Shown piece after piece: positions 17,765 to 25,860 of a stretch of 38,559 nucleotides of DNA. Under the pieces are notes generated by a model. It worked only from the letters and a program-made list of their open reading frames with translations, had not been told where the DNA came from and made no database searches. The position numbers were made by a program, and so were the translations under genes. The stretch is from positions 1 to 38,559 of the forward strand of contig CAYHEU010000002.1 in the NCBI GenBank assembly GCA_964355785.1. The letters are read 5' to 3'. The DNA is from an uncultured Candidatus Saccharibacteria bacterium. Lineage in GTDB: Bacteria; Patescibacteriota; Minisyncoccia; UBA6257; 2-01-FULL-56-20. The first letter of the stretch is position 1, and the number at the start of each line of letters is the position of its first letter.

Positions 17765-18325
17765 ATGGGTTTGCTAAATCCTGAATCCTACACCCTAAAT
17801 TCTCGGGCATCGGGGCAGGCCCCGCACCGAGCCGAGCGCTTCGTTTTCTTCAACGCCATGAGTCGAATGAGGCGTTACTTTTCCTCCATTGCTGTCTTGG
17901 GCAAACAAACGTTGTTTAGGAGAAAACGCCGGAGCGTTGCAGTGCTCGACCCGCCTGCCTTAGTACGAGTACGGCGGGCAGGTCTGGTGTCGGGGCAAGC
18001 AATGATCCTTACCGTTTTGGCGCTCGGTGGGACGATTTTGGGTGCTACCACGATCGCCGGTCTCCTTATGCTCTATCAAATTCGGCAGACGGCCGATCTC
18101 GCAAATTCCGCGAAGGCGATTTTTGCGGCGGATGCCGGCATTGAGTGGGCTCTCTACGATTTTACGTGCAACCTTGATCCGGGGGATTCAATCGTCTGCG
18201 TGCCGCAGCCTACGATGACGAACGGGAGCTTGCTTTCCGTAACCGTTACTCCCGGTCCGGGCGGTTCGATAAAATCAGTAGGATCGTCGGGAAAATCGAG
18301 CCGCGCATTCCTTCTCTCGCTCTAA
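17765..18325 (+). CDS. Pilin-like protein with a 60-codon in-frame insertion after the leader
   Basis: MGLLNPESYTLNSRASGQ..., then an Arg-rich non-protein-like 60 aa, then SGQAMILTVLALGGTILGATTIAGLLMLY hydrophobic helix. Last gene of the pilus block. Confidence 0.55.
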   Translation: MGLLNPESYTLNSRASGQAPHRAERFVFFNAMSRMRRYFSSIAVLGKQTLFRRKRRSVAVLDPPALVRVRRAGLVSGQAMILTVLALGGTILGATTIAGLLMLYQIRQTADLANSAKAIFAADAGIEWALYDFTCNLDPGDSIVCVPQPTMTNGSLLSVTVTPGPGGSIKSVGSSGKSSRAFLLSL

Positions 18326-18541
18326 AAAAACATCCGGCAGATTTAAGCGATCCGCTCTCCGGCGGATAATTTTGTCTGAGGGGTATATAATTAGTAGAAG
18401 ATGAATCCCTCACCCTTGAAAGATAAGCAATTTTCTATGAAGCCCTTGTTTTATCTAGATACTTTGACTCACTGTATAGACGGCAAGTCGAAAACCGTAA
18501 GAAAGAATTGCGGGAGCTTCGCAATCCTTGAAGGGTGAGGG

Positions 18542-20656
18542 ATGGATAAAAAAACCGCGAAAGAGCGGATCGAGAAACTCAAAAAAGAGATCAATCGATA
18601 TCGGCACGCATACCACGTACTCGATAAATCCTTGATCTCGGACGCCGCTCACGATTCATTGAAAAGGGAGCTTTTTGAGCTTGAGGAGCAGTTTCCCGAA
18701 TTTGTGACGCCGGACTCCCCGACTCAGCGCGTGGGGGGTGAGCCGCTTGAGAAGTTCAAGAAAGTGCGCCACGAGGCAGGAGGAAAAGCCGTGCGGATGA
18801 ATTCTCTAAACGATGCTTTTTCGGAGGAAGAAATGCGTGCATGGCTTGAGCGCCTTGAGAATTACCTTGGTTACCATATTTCTCCCGCTCTTGCCGAAGA
18901 ACGACCGGTTCTCCGCGGTCAAAAGACCGAGCTTTTCTACTGCGATCTCAAAATGGACGGGCTTGCGATCGAAGTTGTCTATAAAGATGGAATTCTTGTG
19001 CGCGGCACCACGCGCGGCGACGGGGAGATTGGGGAGGACGTCACCCAAAATGTAAGGACAATCGAGGCAATCCCTCTTCGGCTTGAGGGAGACGGCTGGC
19101 CCAGAGAACTTATTGTCCGGGGCGAAGCGGTGCTCACAAAAAAAGAATTCGAGGCGATTAACAGGGAGCAGAGTAAGAAGGGCGAAAAACTTTATGCGAA
19201 TCCGCGAAATGTCGCCGCAGGGTCAATTCGCCAGCTCGATCCCAGGATCACTGCGAACCGCCATCTTGATTTCTACGCCTATGGAATCGTGGGAGTGCCC
19301 GGTGACGCGGAACACTTCCGGCGTTTTCCAACGCATGAAGAAGAATACCGCGCGCTCAACAGATGGGGGATTAAGACGAACAAGATGGGGCGCGCAGCAC
19401 ATTCCTTGGGAGAGGTTCTTAAGTTCCATGAGGAAGTGGAAAGGAAACGCAACGCCATCCCCTTTGAGATTGACGGGATTGTAGTAACCGTAAACGACAA
19501 TCGTATGTATGAGGAAGCCGGTGTTATCGGCAAAGCCCCGCGTGCCGCGGTCGCATACAAATTTTCTCCGCGCGAAGCGACGACTATTGTCGAGGATATC
19601 GTGGTTCAGATTGGGCGGACAGGGGCCTTGACTCCCGTCGCCGTGATGCGCCCTGTTGAGGTAGGAGGAGTGACGATTACGCATGCCTCGCTCCACAACG
19701 CTGACGAGATCAAGCGCCTGGGACTCAAAATTGGAGACACAGTAATTGTGAGTCGTGCGGGGGACGTAATCCCCCAGGTCACAAAAGTGCTAAAGGAGCT
19801 ACGGACGGGCAAGGAGAAGGAATTCGCGATGCCCGCGCGGTGCCCGGTTGATGGCTCGAAAGTAATCCGCAGCGGTGTGATCTACCGGTGCCTAAGCAAA
19901 ACCTGCGCCGCACAGCACCGCGAATCGCTCTACCACTTTGTATCCCGCTCGGCATTCAATCTTGAGGGCTTGGGCCCGAAGATACTCGACCGTTTCTTGG
20001 ACGAAGGACTGATCTCCGACGCCGCGGACATTTTTACTCTTCAAAAGAGGGACGTTGCCGCACTCCCGAGATTCGGCGAGAAATCCGCGGAGAATATTGT
20101 TTCGGAGATCCAGGCGAAGAAAGAAATCCCGCTTCCGCGCCTCATCTACGCGCTCGGCATTCTCCACGTGGGAGAGGAAACTGCGCAATTACTCGCGCGG
20201 GAGATAATCGCTAAATTCAAATTTCATAAATTAAAGATCAAAATCGGTGAGCTTTTAAAAATCTTTATGGGATTATCTTTAGAGGATCTCCAAGAAATAC
20301 CCGACATCGGTCCCAAGGTTGCGGAGAGTATTTATGCCTGGTTTCATGACGCGAAAAACGGGCATTTCCTGGAAAAGCTCGAGAAAGTTGGGGTAAGAAT
20401 TGAGCCGAGGCGAGCTTCGGAGAAAGGAGAAAAACTTAACGGAAAAACTTTCGTGCTTACGGGCAGTTTGAAGTCAATGTCGCGTGAAGAGGCAAAGGAG
20501 AAAGTCCGCGCGTTGGGCGGCGACGTTTCGGAAACGGTAAGCAAAAAAATCTCCTATGTGGTTGCGGGTTCCGAGCCGGGTTCGAAGTTCGAGAAAGCGA
20601 AGAAATTTGGCGTGAAAACGATTAATGAAAAAGAACTTCTCGCTCTTCTCAAGTGA
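18542..20656 (+). CDS. ligA: NAD-dependent DNA ligase LigA
   Basis: Adenylation motif KMDGLAIE, OB fold, Cys4 Zn finger (CPVDGS..C....C), HhH repeats, C-terminal BRCT (GKTFVLTGSL...). Confidence 0.95.
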   Translation: MDKKTAKERIEKLKKEINRYRHAYHVLDKSLISDAAHDSLKRELFELEEQFPEFVTPDSPTQRVGGEPLEKFKKVRHEAGGKAVRMNSLNDAFSEEEMRAWLERLENYLGYHISPALAEERPVLRGQKTELFYCDLKMDGLAIEVVYKDGILVRGTTRGDGEIGEDVTQNVRTIEAIPLRLEGDGWPRELIVRGEAVLTKKEFEAINREQSKKGEKLYANPRNVAAGSIRQLDPRITANRHLDFYAYGIVGVPGDAEHFRRFPTHEEEYRALNRWGIKTNKMGRAAHSLGEVLKFHEEVERKRNAIPFEIDGIVVTVNDNRMYEEAGVIGKAPRAAVAYKFSPREATTIVEDIVVQIGRTGALTPVAVMRPVEVGGVTITHASLHNADEIKRLGLKIGDTVIVSRAGDVIPQVTKVLKELRTGKEKEFAMPARCPVDGSKVIRSGVIYRCLSKTCAAQHRESLYHFVSRSAFNLEGLGPKILDRFLDEGLISDAADIFTLQKRDVAALPRFGEKSAENIVSEIQAKKEIPLPRLIYALGILHVGEETAQLLAREIIAKFKFHKLKIKIGELLKIFMGLSLEDLQEIPDIGPKVAESIYAWFHDAKNGHFLEKLEKVGVRIEPRRASEKGEKLNGKTFVLTGSLKSMSREEAKEKVRALGGDVSETVSKKISYVVAGSEPGSKFEKAKKFGVKTINEKELLALLK

Positions 20657-20684
20657 TGCAAGTTGGGGTATAGTAAAACCGCTT

Positions 20685-20761
20685 GCGGGCGTAGCTTAGC
20701 GGTCTAAAGCGCTGCCCTGTCACGGCAGAGATCGTGGGTTCAAATCCCATCGCCCGCGCCA
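20685..20761 (+). tRNA. tRNA-Asp (anticodon GTC), CCA encoded
   Basis: Acceptor GCGGGCG/CGCCCGC, D-arm TAGCTTAGCGGTCTAAAGC, anticodon stem CTGCC/GGCAG with loop CTGTCAC, T-arm GTGGG-TTCAAAT-CCCAT, discriminator G, then CCA. Confidence 0.9.
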
Positions 20762-22375
20762 TTTGAGACGAATCGAGGCAAGAGCCTCTTCTCTTGTAGA
20801 ATCCAACGGCCTTTTCCACGGTTCTAACTTTTTGTATTCCGTTTCGAGTTCTGGATAAGCATTTCCGATTGGTATGAACCATTCGTACGGAGAAATATTG
20901 AGTTTTCCGTCTTTAAGGACTGAGTTCTGACTGAACCCCTTAAGTATTTCCCGTTTTACCTCTAGAGTACCGAAAAGAAAGGCTTTATGAGCGTATAGAG
21001 CGAAGTTAAATGTCTTTTCAGTCAGTTCTAGCCATTTCTCGGCTCTCGCCTCGGTATCGCGTAAATTAGCCTTGAGTTGAAGTATTTTCTTCTCTAGCTC
21101 ACCCTTCTCTTGGAGAAAAAAATTATCGCCAATCATTTCTCGGTATCGCATTCTGATGAGTTCGTCGAGTTCGCTTTGAGTCTTCACGAGCGTCCTGTTT
21201 TGCATTTCGTAGATTTTGGTCCTATCTTCAATTTCTTTATCGTTCTGTTCGTTAAGAACTTCTAGCGCCCAATCTCTAAACTCGGGCAGAATCGTATATT
21301 TTTCAATTTCGTTTTCAATTTGCAGCTCGATATTTTCCAGCGAAACGGTTTTCCTCTGAGAACAATTAACTTCCACTTTTTTGCGGGTGCAGAAGTAATA
21401 CGTAAAACTTTTGAGCTTATTATCTCTTTTAATCAGTTTAATCTTCTCTATGGCGGTAATCATGCAATTACATTCACCACAGTGCATGCATCCCGTGAAA
21501 GCGAATATGTGTTTCTTGGGCCTAGGCTTACCCTTTCTTCCTAGTAAGACTTGAACTCTGTCAAATTCTTCAAGTGTTACAATGGGGTCATGTTTGCCTT
21601 CGTATAGGTTCCCCTTGTATTCGATAAGACCCGCATAGAATGGATTGGTAAAGATTCTATAAAGGGTGCTTCGAGACATTGGTTTGCCACCTTTCTTTTT
21701 GGTTTGTCTAGTTCTGAATCCCCATTGATTGTTAAGAATTTCAAGAATTTGTGGTGGCGTGTAGTTTCCCGTGAGCATTAAGTCCCACGCCTTGCGGATT
21801 AAATGAAAACGCTCTGGGTCATTCAGTATATAGTTTTCCCCTCGTAGTTCTGTTTTTGTGTTGAGATACCCCGAAGGAGCCGAGCCAGGAAGCCACCCCT
21901 TTTGCCGCTTTGTGTTTAGGCCTCGTTTTACCGCAACACTGCTGTCGTCCGAGTATTTTTTGGCCATTCCAAACTCAAGTTGAAGCATGAATTTGTCCTC
22001 GGGTGTGTTGCGGTAAACTCGCTGCAGAGTTTTAACTTCTACAAGTTTACTTTCATCCATTGCGGTGACTATCCACCCTCCATCAAAGGCATTTCGAGCC
22101 AACCTATTTGGATGCCAAACCAAGAGCCCTCCTGCCTTTCCCGACTCTATTTGTTGCATAACGTGGTTGAAGATAGGCCTACCGCGCTTAAAGGCACTCT
22201 GGCTTTCACCTTTCTCGCTGCCGCCGAATCTTTCAATAACCTTGAGGTGTTCACGTTTTTCTATAGCTGCTAGCTCCCTCTCTTGGTCATCAAGGGAGAG
22301 CATCTGTCTGTCTTCGCTCTCGGTGCTTTTACGGCAGTACAGAATATATTTAATTTTCTCGCTTTCTTGTTTCAT
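20720..22375 (-). CDS. Large serine recombinase (integrase)
   Basis: N-terminal resolvase domain YCRKSTESEDRQMLSLDDQ, recombinase domain, Zn ribbon CMHCGECNCMITA...C, long coiled-coil. ATG at 22375 is preferred over the track TTG at 22462. The last 13 codons and the stop lie antisense in tRNA-Asp. Confidence 0.88.
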   Translation of the reverse strand: MKQESEKIKYILYCRKSTESEDRQMLSLDDQERELAAIEKREHLKVIERFGGSEKGESQSAFKRGRPIFNHVMQQIESGKAGGLLVWHPNRLARNAFDGGWIVTAMDESKLVEVKTLQRVYRNTPEDKFMLQLEFGMAKKYSDDSSVAVKRGLNTKRQKGWLPGSAPSGYLNTKTELRGENYILNDPERFHLIRKAWDLMLTGNYTPPQILEILNNQWGFRTRQTKKKGGKPMSRSTLYRIFTNPFYAGLIEYKGNLYEGKHDPIVTLEEFDRVQVLLGRKGKPRPKKHIFAFTGCMHCGECNCMITAIEKIKLIKRDNKLKSFTYYFCTRKKVEVNCSQRKTVSLENIELQIENEIEKYTILPEFRDWALEVLNEQNDKEIEDRTKIYEMQNRTLVKTQSELDELIRMRYREMIGDNFFLQEKGELEKKILQLKANLRDTEARAEKWLELTEKTFNFALYAHKAFLFGTLEVKREILKGFSQNSVLKDGKLNISPYEWFIPIGNAYPELETEYKKLEPWKRPLDSTREEALASIRLKWRGRWDLNPRSLP

Positions 22376-22540
22376 AAACTCAAAGGGCGGTTCTGGTTGA
22401 CCCAGCCGCTTGCCCACACGGGTAGCCTTCTGGCAGAACCGCCCTTTCAGGGTAGAAGGCAATAAAAATCCGTGTGGATTTGCTTCGGCGGGTCAACGAT
22501 TCAATTGTACCACTTTTTCTCAACATATAAAAGCATCTAA

Positions 22541-22939
22541 TCACTTTAGGCGAGTTATTTTTGCGATAATATAATTCACCAAATCTTGGTTGGACATACC
22601 TGCGAATTTCATCTGAGTCTTATCTTCAAAATCCTCAAAGGTTTGAAGCCACAACTTAACTTCTTGTGCGCTCCCTGTCTTCAGTATTTTCTTATAAAGA
22701 CTCAAAACGACCCTAGGTGTTTTCTCGCGCGCCCATTTCGTTAATTCTCGTTTAACTTGAGAGTTGAAATCGACCCTTTGTTTCCAATCGGAAAGCGTTG
22801 CGTTATCAACCTTTAACTTACTTGCCAATTCTTTTTGGGTCTTCGGTTTCCTAAGTGGGGCTGGAGTCGCAATCCACCTAATAAATTCCCCATATTCGTT
22901 TGCCTTCAAGGGTATACTATTTTTGGCTTGTTTTGGCAT
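22541..22939 (-). CDS. HTH DNA-binding protein (terminase-small-subunit-like / regulator)
   Basis: TQKELASKLKVDNATLSDWK helix-turn-helix in a small basic protein next to replication and integration genes. Confidence 0.5.
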   Translation of the reverse strand: MPKQAKNSIPLKANEYGEFIRWIATPAPLRKPKTQKELASKLKVDNATLSDWKQRVDFNSQVKRELTKWAREKTPRVVLSLYKKILKTGSAQEVKLWLQTFEDFEDKTQMKFAGMSNQDLVNYIIAKITRLK

Positions 22940-22943
22940 ATTT

Positions 22944-23516
22944 TTAGTAGTTCTTAGGAAACGAAAATTTTTTAGACAGTCCCTTCCTCAGTGTTGCATA
23001 ATCTTTACTAAAAAGAGGAAATCCTCCTTTCTTTTCTTTATTTAATCTTTCTTTACTTTCTTTCGGTGACGGTCCTTGTCTGTAAATAAGAGATTTTCGA
23101 TTGACTTCAGTTGGTGCGCTGTTCACTTTTCCGTTAGTGTGCCACCTACTTTTTGGTAGGTGCTTTGCTAACAATCTAGTAAGCAGTGTATTAAATTTTT
23201 CTTGGTCAAATAATTTACTTCGATTCACCTTCCACTCATCTACGTTCACGTTTACCGACACCAAATCGTCTCCTTGATTCCACTCAATCACGCGACGACC
23301 CGCTAGAGTTTCCAACTCTTCCCGAATATCGCTTTTATAAATTCCCGCAAGTTGAAAATCTGTAAGTCTGATTTTTGCTGAATTTCTTTGTTTGCAACCA
23401 TGGGTTAGCCTAAGAACGAATAAAATAATTCTTCGCTGTCTATCTGTAAAGTTGTAGACGTATAGGCTGTCCAAGAGGGAGTTTATAATTTTTGTGAATC
23501 CCTTATTTCTAGTCAT
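22944..23516 (-). CDS. Replication-protein-O-like (phage replisome organiser N-terminal winged helix)
   Basis: FTDRQRRIILFVLRLTHGCKQRNSAKIRLTDFQLAGIYKSDIREELETLAGRRVIEW matches the pattern of the lambda-O N-terminal family as I remember it. Confidence 0.5.
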   Translation of the reverse strand: MTRNKGFTKIINSLLDSLYVYNFTDRQRRIILFVLRLTHGCKQRNSAKIRLTDFQLAGIYKSDIREELETLAGRRVIEWNQGDDLVSVNVNVDEWKVNRSKLFDQEKFNTLLTRLLAKHLPKSRWHTNGKVNSAPTEVNRKSLIYRQGPSPKESKERLNKEKKGGFPLFSKDYATLRKGLSKKFSFPKNY

Positions 23517-23520
23517 CTTA

Positions 23521-23709
23521 TTACGTTGTTGCCTTACGGCGTTTTTGCAGACTTTTGTATTCTTCTTGTGTCATCGGGCTAAACACCAATTTCATCAAAT
23601 TCAGCAAAGCCACCCCTTTTTCCAAGGCCTCTTTCTCGTTTATGTCTTTCCCAAACTGTTTTTTGTATAATGCCTGGAATTTTTTGATTTGAGCCTGCGA
23701 TAACATCAC
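23521..23709 (-). CDS. Small hypothetical protein (62 aa)
   Basis: ORF is tightly packed (4-nt gap) upstream of the replication-like gene on the same strand. No recognisable domain. Confidence 0.4.
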   Translation of the reverse strand: MMLSQAQIKKFQALYKKQFGKDINEKEALEKGVALLNLMKLVFSPMTQEEYKSLQKRRKATT

Positions 23710-23822
23710 CTTTCAGATTACACAGTACTCATAGCTTAAAAAATGCGGAAAAACTTTCTTGCAAAGATAAAAATACCGCAGATTAGAGCGGCGTTTTTTA
23801 GTTATCCACTTTTTAAGTTTTT

Positions 23823-24572
23823 TTAAGCTGCCTTTTTGTCTTTATTCAACCTTGTTTGAAACGCCTTCTCGCTCATAGGGATGACTTCAATATTCGGCCT
23901 TATATACCCATCCTCAATTTTTAGAATCTTAGTCACTCTGTGTCCGAATTTTGAATAGAGCTTGCATTGTTTGTTGGAATTGAAATAGTCGAAAGCTCCT
24001 TTGTGCTTGGATGCCTCAAGGTCTTCTTCCCCCGAGGCAACCCGAAATAGAAAAGACCAGTAATCTTTGTATCCAACGTCGAAAAAGTTTTTGTAGTCGT
24101 CGTTTATAACAACCTTAATACGTCTACCCTTGGGTTCTACGAGTATTAGTTTCTCGATTGCCTCTGATTTATACTTCTTAATCCTTTTCGTACCATATGC
24201 AATCTGGTAGGCCTTGTTGAAATCCTCTAAGCTGGAGACCCTAATTATTAAGTTTTCGTATATATCGGCGGTAGGTATGTTTAGCGCAACGGCGGTTGCG
24301 GTCAAAAGAAGCGATGGAAAATTGCTATTCCCAGTCCGTAGCATTTCTTCGTTGAAAACTTTAAAAATTGGTTTGTTACAGCGGACATTCGCTGTCTTTA
24401 GCGCCATTCGAACCCCTTGATAATCCCACCCCTGCCTCTTCAGTAGTAAGAGAGGGAGCTTTACAATCTTCCTTTCTGCATCAAAATAATCAATCTCTAT
24501 TTGGTCCGAGATAAGCTGAAGCATCCTTTGCATCCGATGAGAGTTGGTTTCAGAGGAGGTAACGTTTTGCAT
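23823..24572 (-). CDS. Hypothetical protein, first gene of the minus-strand module
   Basis: 249-aa ORF with typical composition, preceded by a perfect 23-bp palindrome. No recognisable domain. Confidence 0.5.
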   Translation of the reverse strand: MQNVTSSETNSHRMQRMLQLISDQIEIDYFDAERKIVKLPLLLLKRQGWDYQGVRMALKTANVRCNKPIFKVFNEEMLRTGNSNFPSLLLTATAVALNIPTADIYENLIIRVSSLEDFNKAYQIAYGTKRIKKYKSEAIEKLILVEPKGRRIKVVINDDYKNFFDVGYKDYWSFLFRVASGEEDLEASKHKGAFDYFNSNKQCKLYSKFGHRVTKILKIEDGYIRPNIEVIPMSEKAFQTRLNKDKKAA

Positions 24573-24578
24573 TGTTCT

Positions 24579-24601
24579 ATAGTTAGTAATTTACTAACTA
24601 T
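24579..24601. promoter_or_regulatory. Perfect 23-bp palindrome (candidate operator)
   Basis: ATAGTTAGTAA-T-TTACTAACTAT lies 7 nt upstream of the start of the 23823..24572 gene, in the divergent intergenic region. Confidence 0.45.
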
Positions 24602-24861
24602 CCACGTGATGTTCAATGCCTTGCCTGACAAAGCCGTTCTTTAAAGCTTCATAAAAAAGTGGTTAAATTAGATTGAAAATTAAATATGAGCCTAAACTGC
24701 GCCAGAATGGCGTGGCAGGGCGTAAAAAAGCCCCACAAAGGTATTAAGCTCCTCGTCAGAGCACCTTTGTGGGTCATATGGGGAAACCTATATGGGTGGC
24801 CGCAAGGCCATCGCTGGCGGGGAGCTTTGTATTTAAAGGAGTCCTCCTCTAGCTCCAAGTT

Positions 24862-25860
24862 ATGGAAAGAGAAAGTTCCGAGAATAAAAATAAATCATTA
24901 CAGACAAGAGACTGGGTTGTTAGCAAGAATATTGTTGCGGGAGTTTCCCTGGTAATCGTTGTGGCAGTCTCAATTACTGCCTTAAAGATAAGCACAAACG
25001 AGCAGAAAGGAACTGATGGTGGATTTGCGCTAACAGAAGAAGAAATTACTCGAATATCAAGGTCCGTCGTTGCTGTTCAGTGTTTGTATGATGAGAACGA
25101 TGACGGACAGTGGGACGATGCTATTTATGGCTCGGGAATATATATCGGCGAAGCCTTTATCAGCAGAGAAAGAAGTAAAACCTTTGGGGAAAAATTTACT
25201 CTCTATGATGGATATGTCCTTACTAATGCACACGTCGCACAACTTAAAAGAAAATATAAAGAAAAGTATGACTATAATTTTTGCTCCATTGAAATCTCGC
25301 TACCAGAGTTAGAGCCGTCGCGACGAGGAATTTTCCCGTATGTATACGATGACAAGGCCCATTTTCTGTATGATGGTAAAGTTGACATTGCGCTCTTAAG
25401 ATTTAGTACGGTGCTTCACGGGGAAGAAGTAGTAAATGAGACAAGTAAATTGGTTAACTTCGACCAAAATCTTTTGCGCAACAACATACTTCCGTCTTAC
25501 CCGTTTTGTTCGTATGAAAGAGTTGTTGGGAAAAGAGTTTATATTTTTGGTTATCCAAGCAGTGCCTTTGAATTTGAAAAAATAGAAAGTAGTTTTTTAG
25601 AAGAGCCAACAACAATCATTGCTCAACAGAATCTAATTATTTCCGAAGGCATCATTAGTGGAGTAAACAGTAGCGGAAACTATTACACGACAGCTAGGAT
25701 TGATACGGGGAATTCTGGCGGATTGGCAATCTCAAAATCAGGCGGAGAAATTTGCTTATTGGGAGTTCCGACATGGGTAAGCGAAGGCGAATACGAGAAT
25801 CTAGGTGTTATACAGCCATTTTCTAAACTATTTACTGTTCTCCAGTCGTCTCTTGAATGA
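24862..25860 (+). CDS. Membrane-anchored trypsin-like (S1/chymotrypsin-fold) serine protease
   Basis: N-terminal TM (IVAGVSLVIVVAVSITAL). Catalytic triad contexts VLTNAHVA, VDIALLRF, DTGNSGGLA. Confidence 0.8.
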   Translation: MERESSENKNKSLQTRDWVVSKNIVAGVSLVIVVAVSITALKISTNEQKGTDGGFALTEEEITRISRSVVAVQCLYDENDDGQWDDAIYGSGIYIGEAFISRERSKTFGEKFTLYDGYVLTNAHVAQLKRKYKEKYDYNFCSIEISLPELEPSRRGIFPYVYDDKAHFLYDGKVDIALLRFSTVLHGEEVVNETSKLVNFDQNLLRNNILPSYPFCSYERVVGKRVYIFGYPSSAFEFEKIESSFLEEPTTIIAQQNLIISEGIISGVNSSGNYYTTARIDTGNSGGLAISKSGGEICLLGVPTWVSEGEYENLGVIQPFSKLFTVLQSSLE

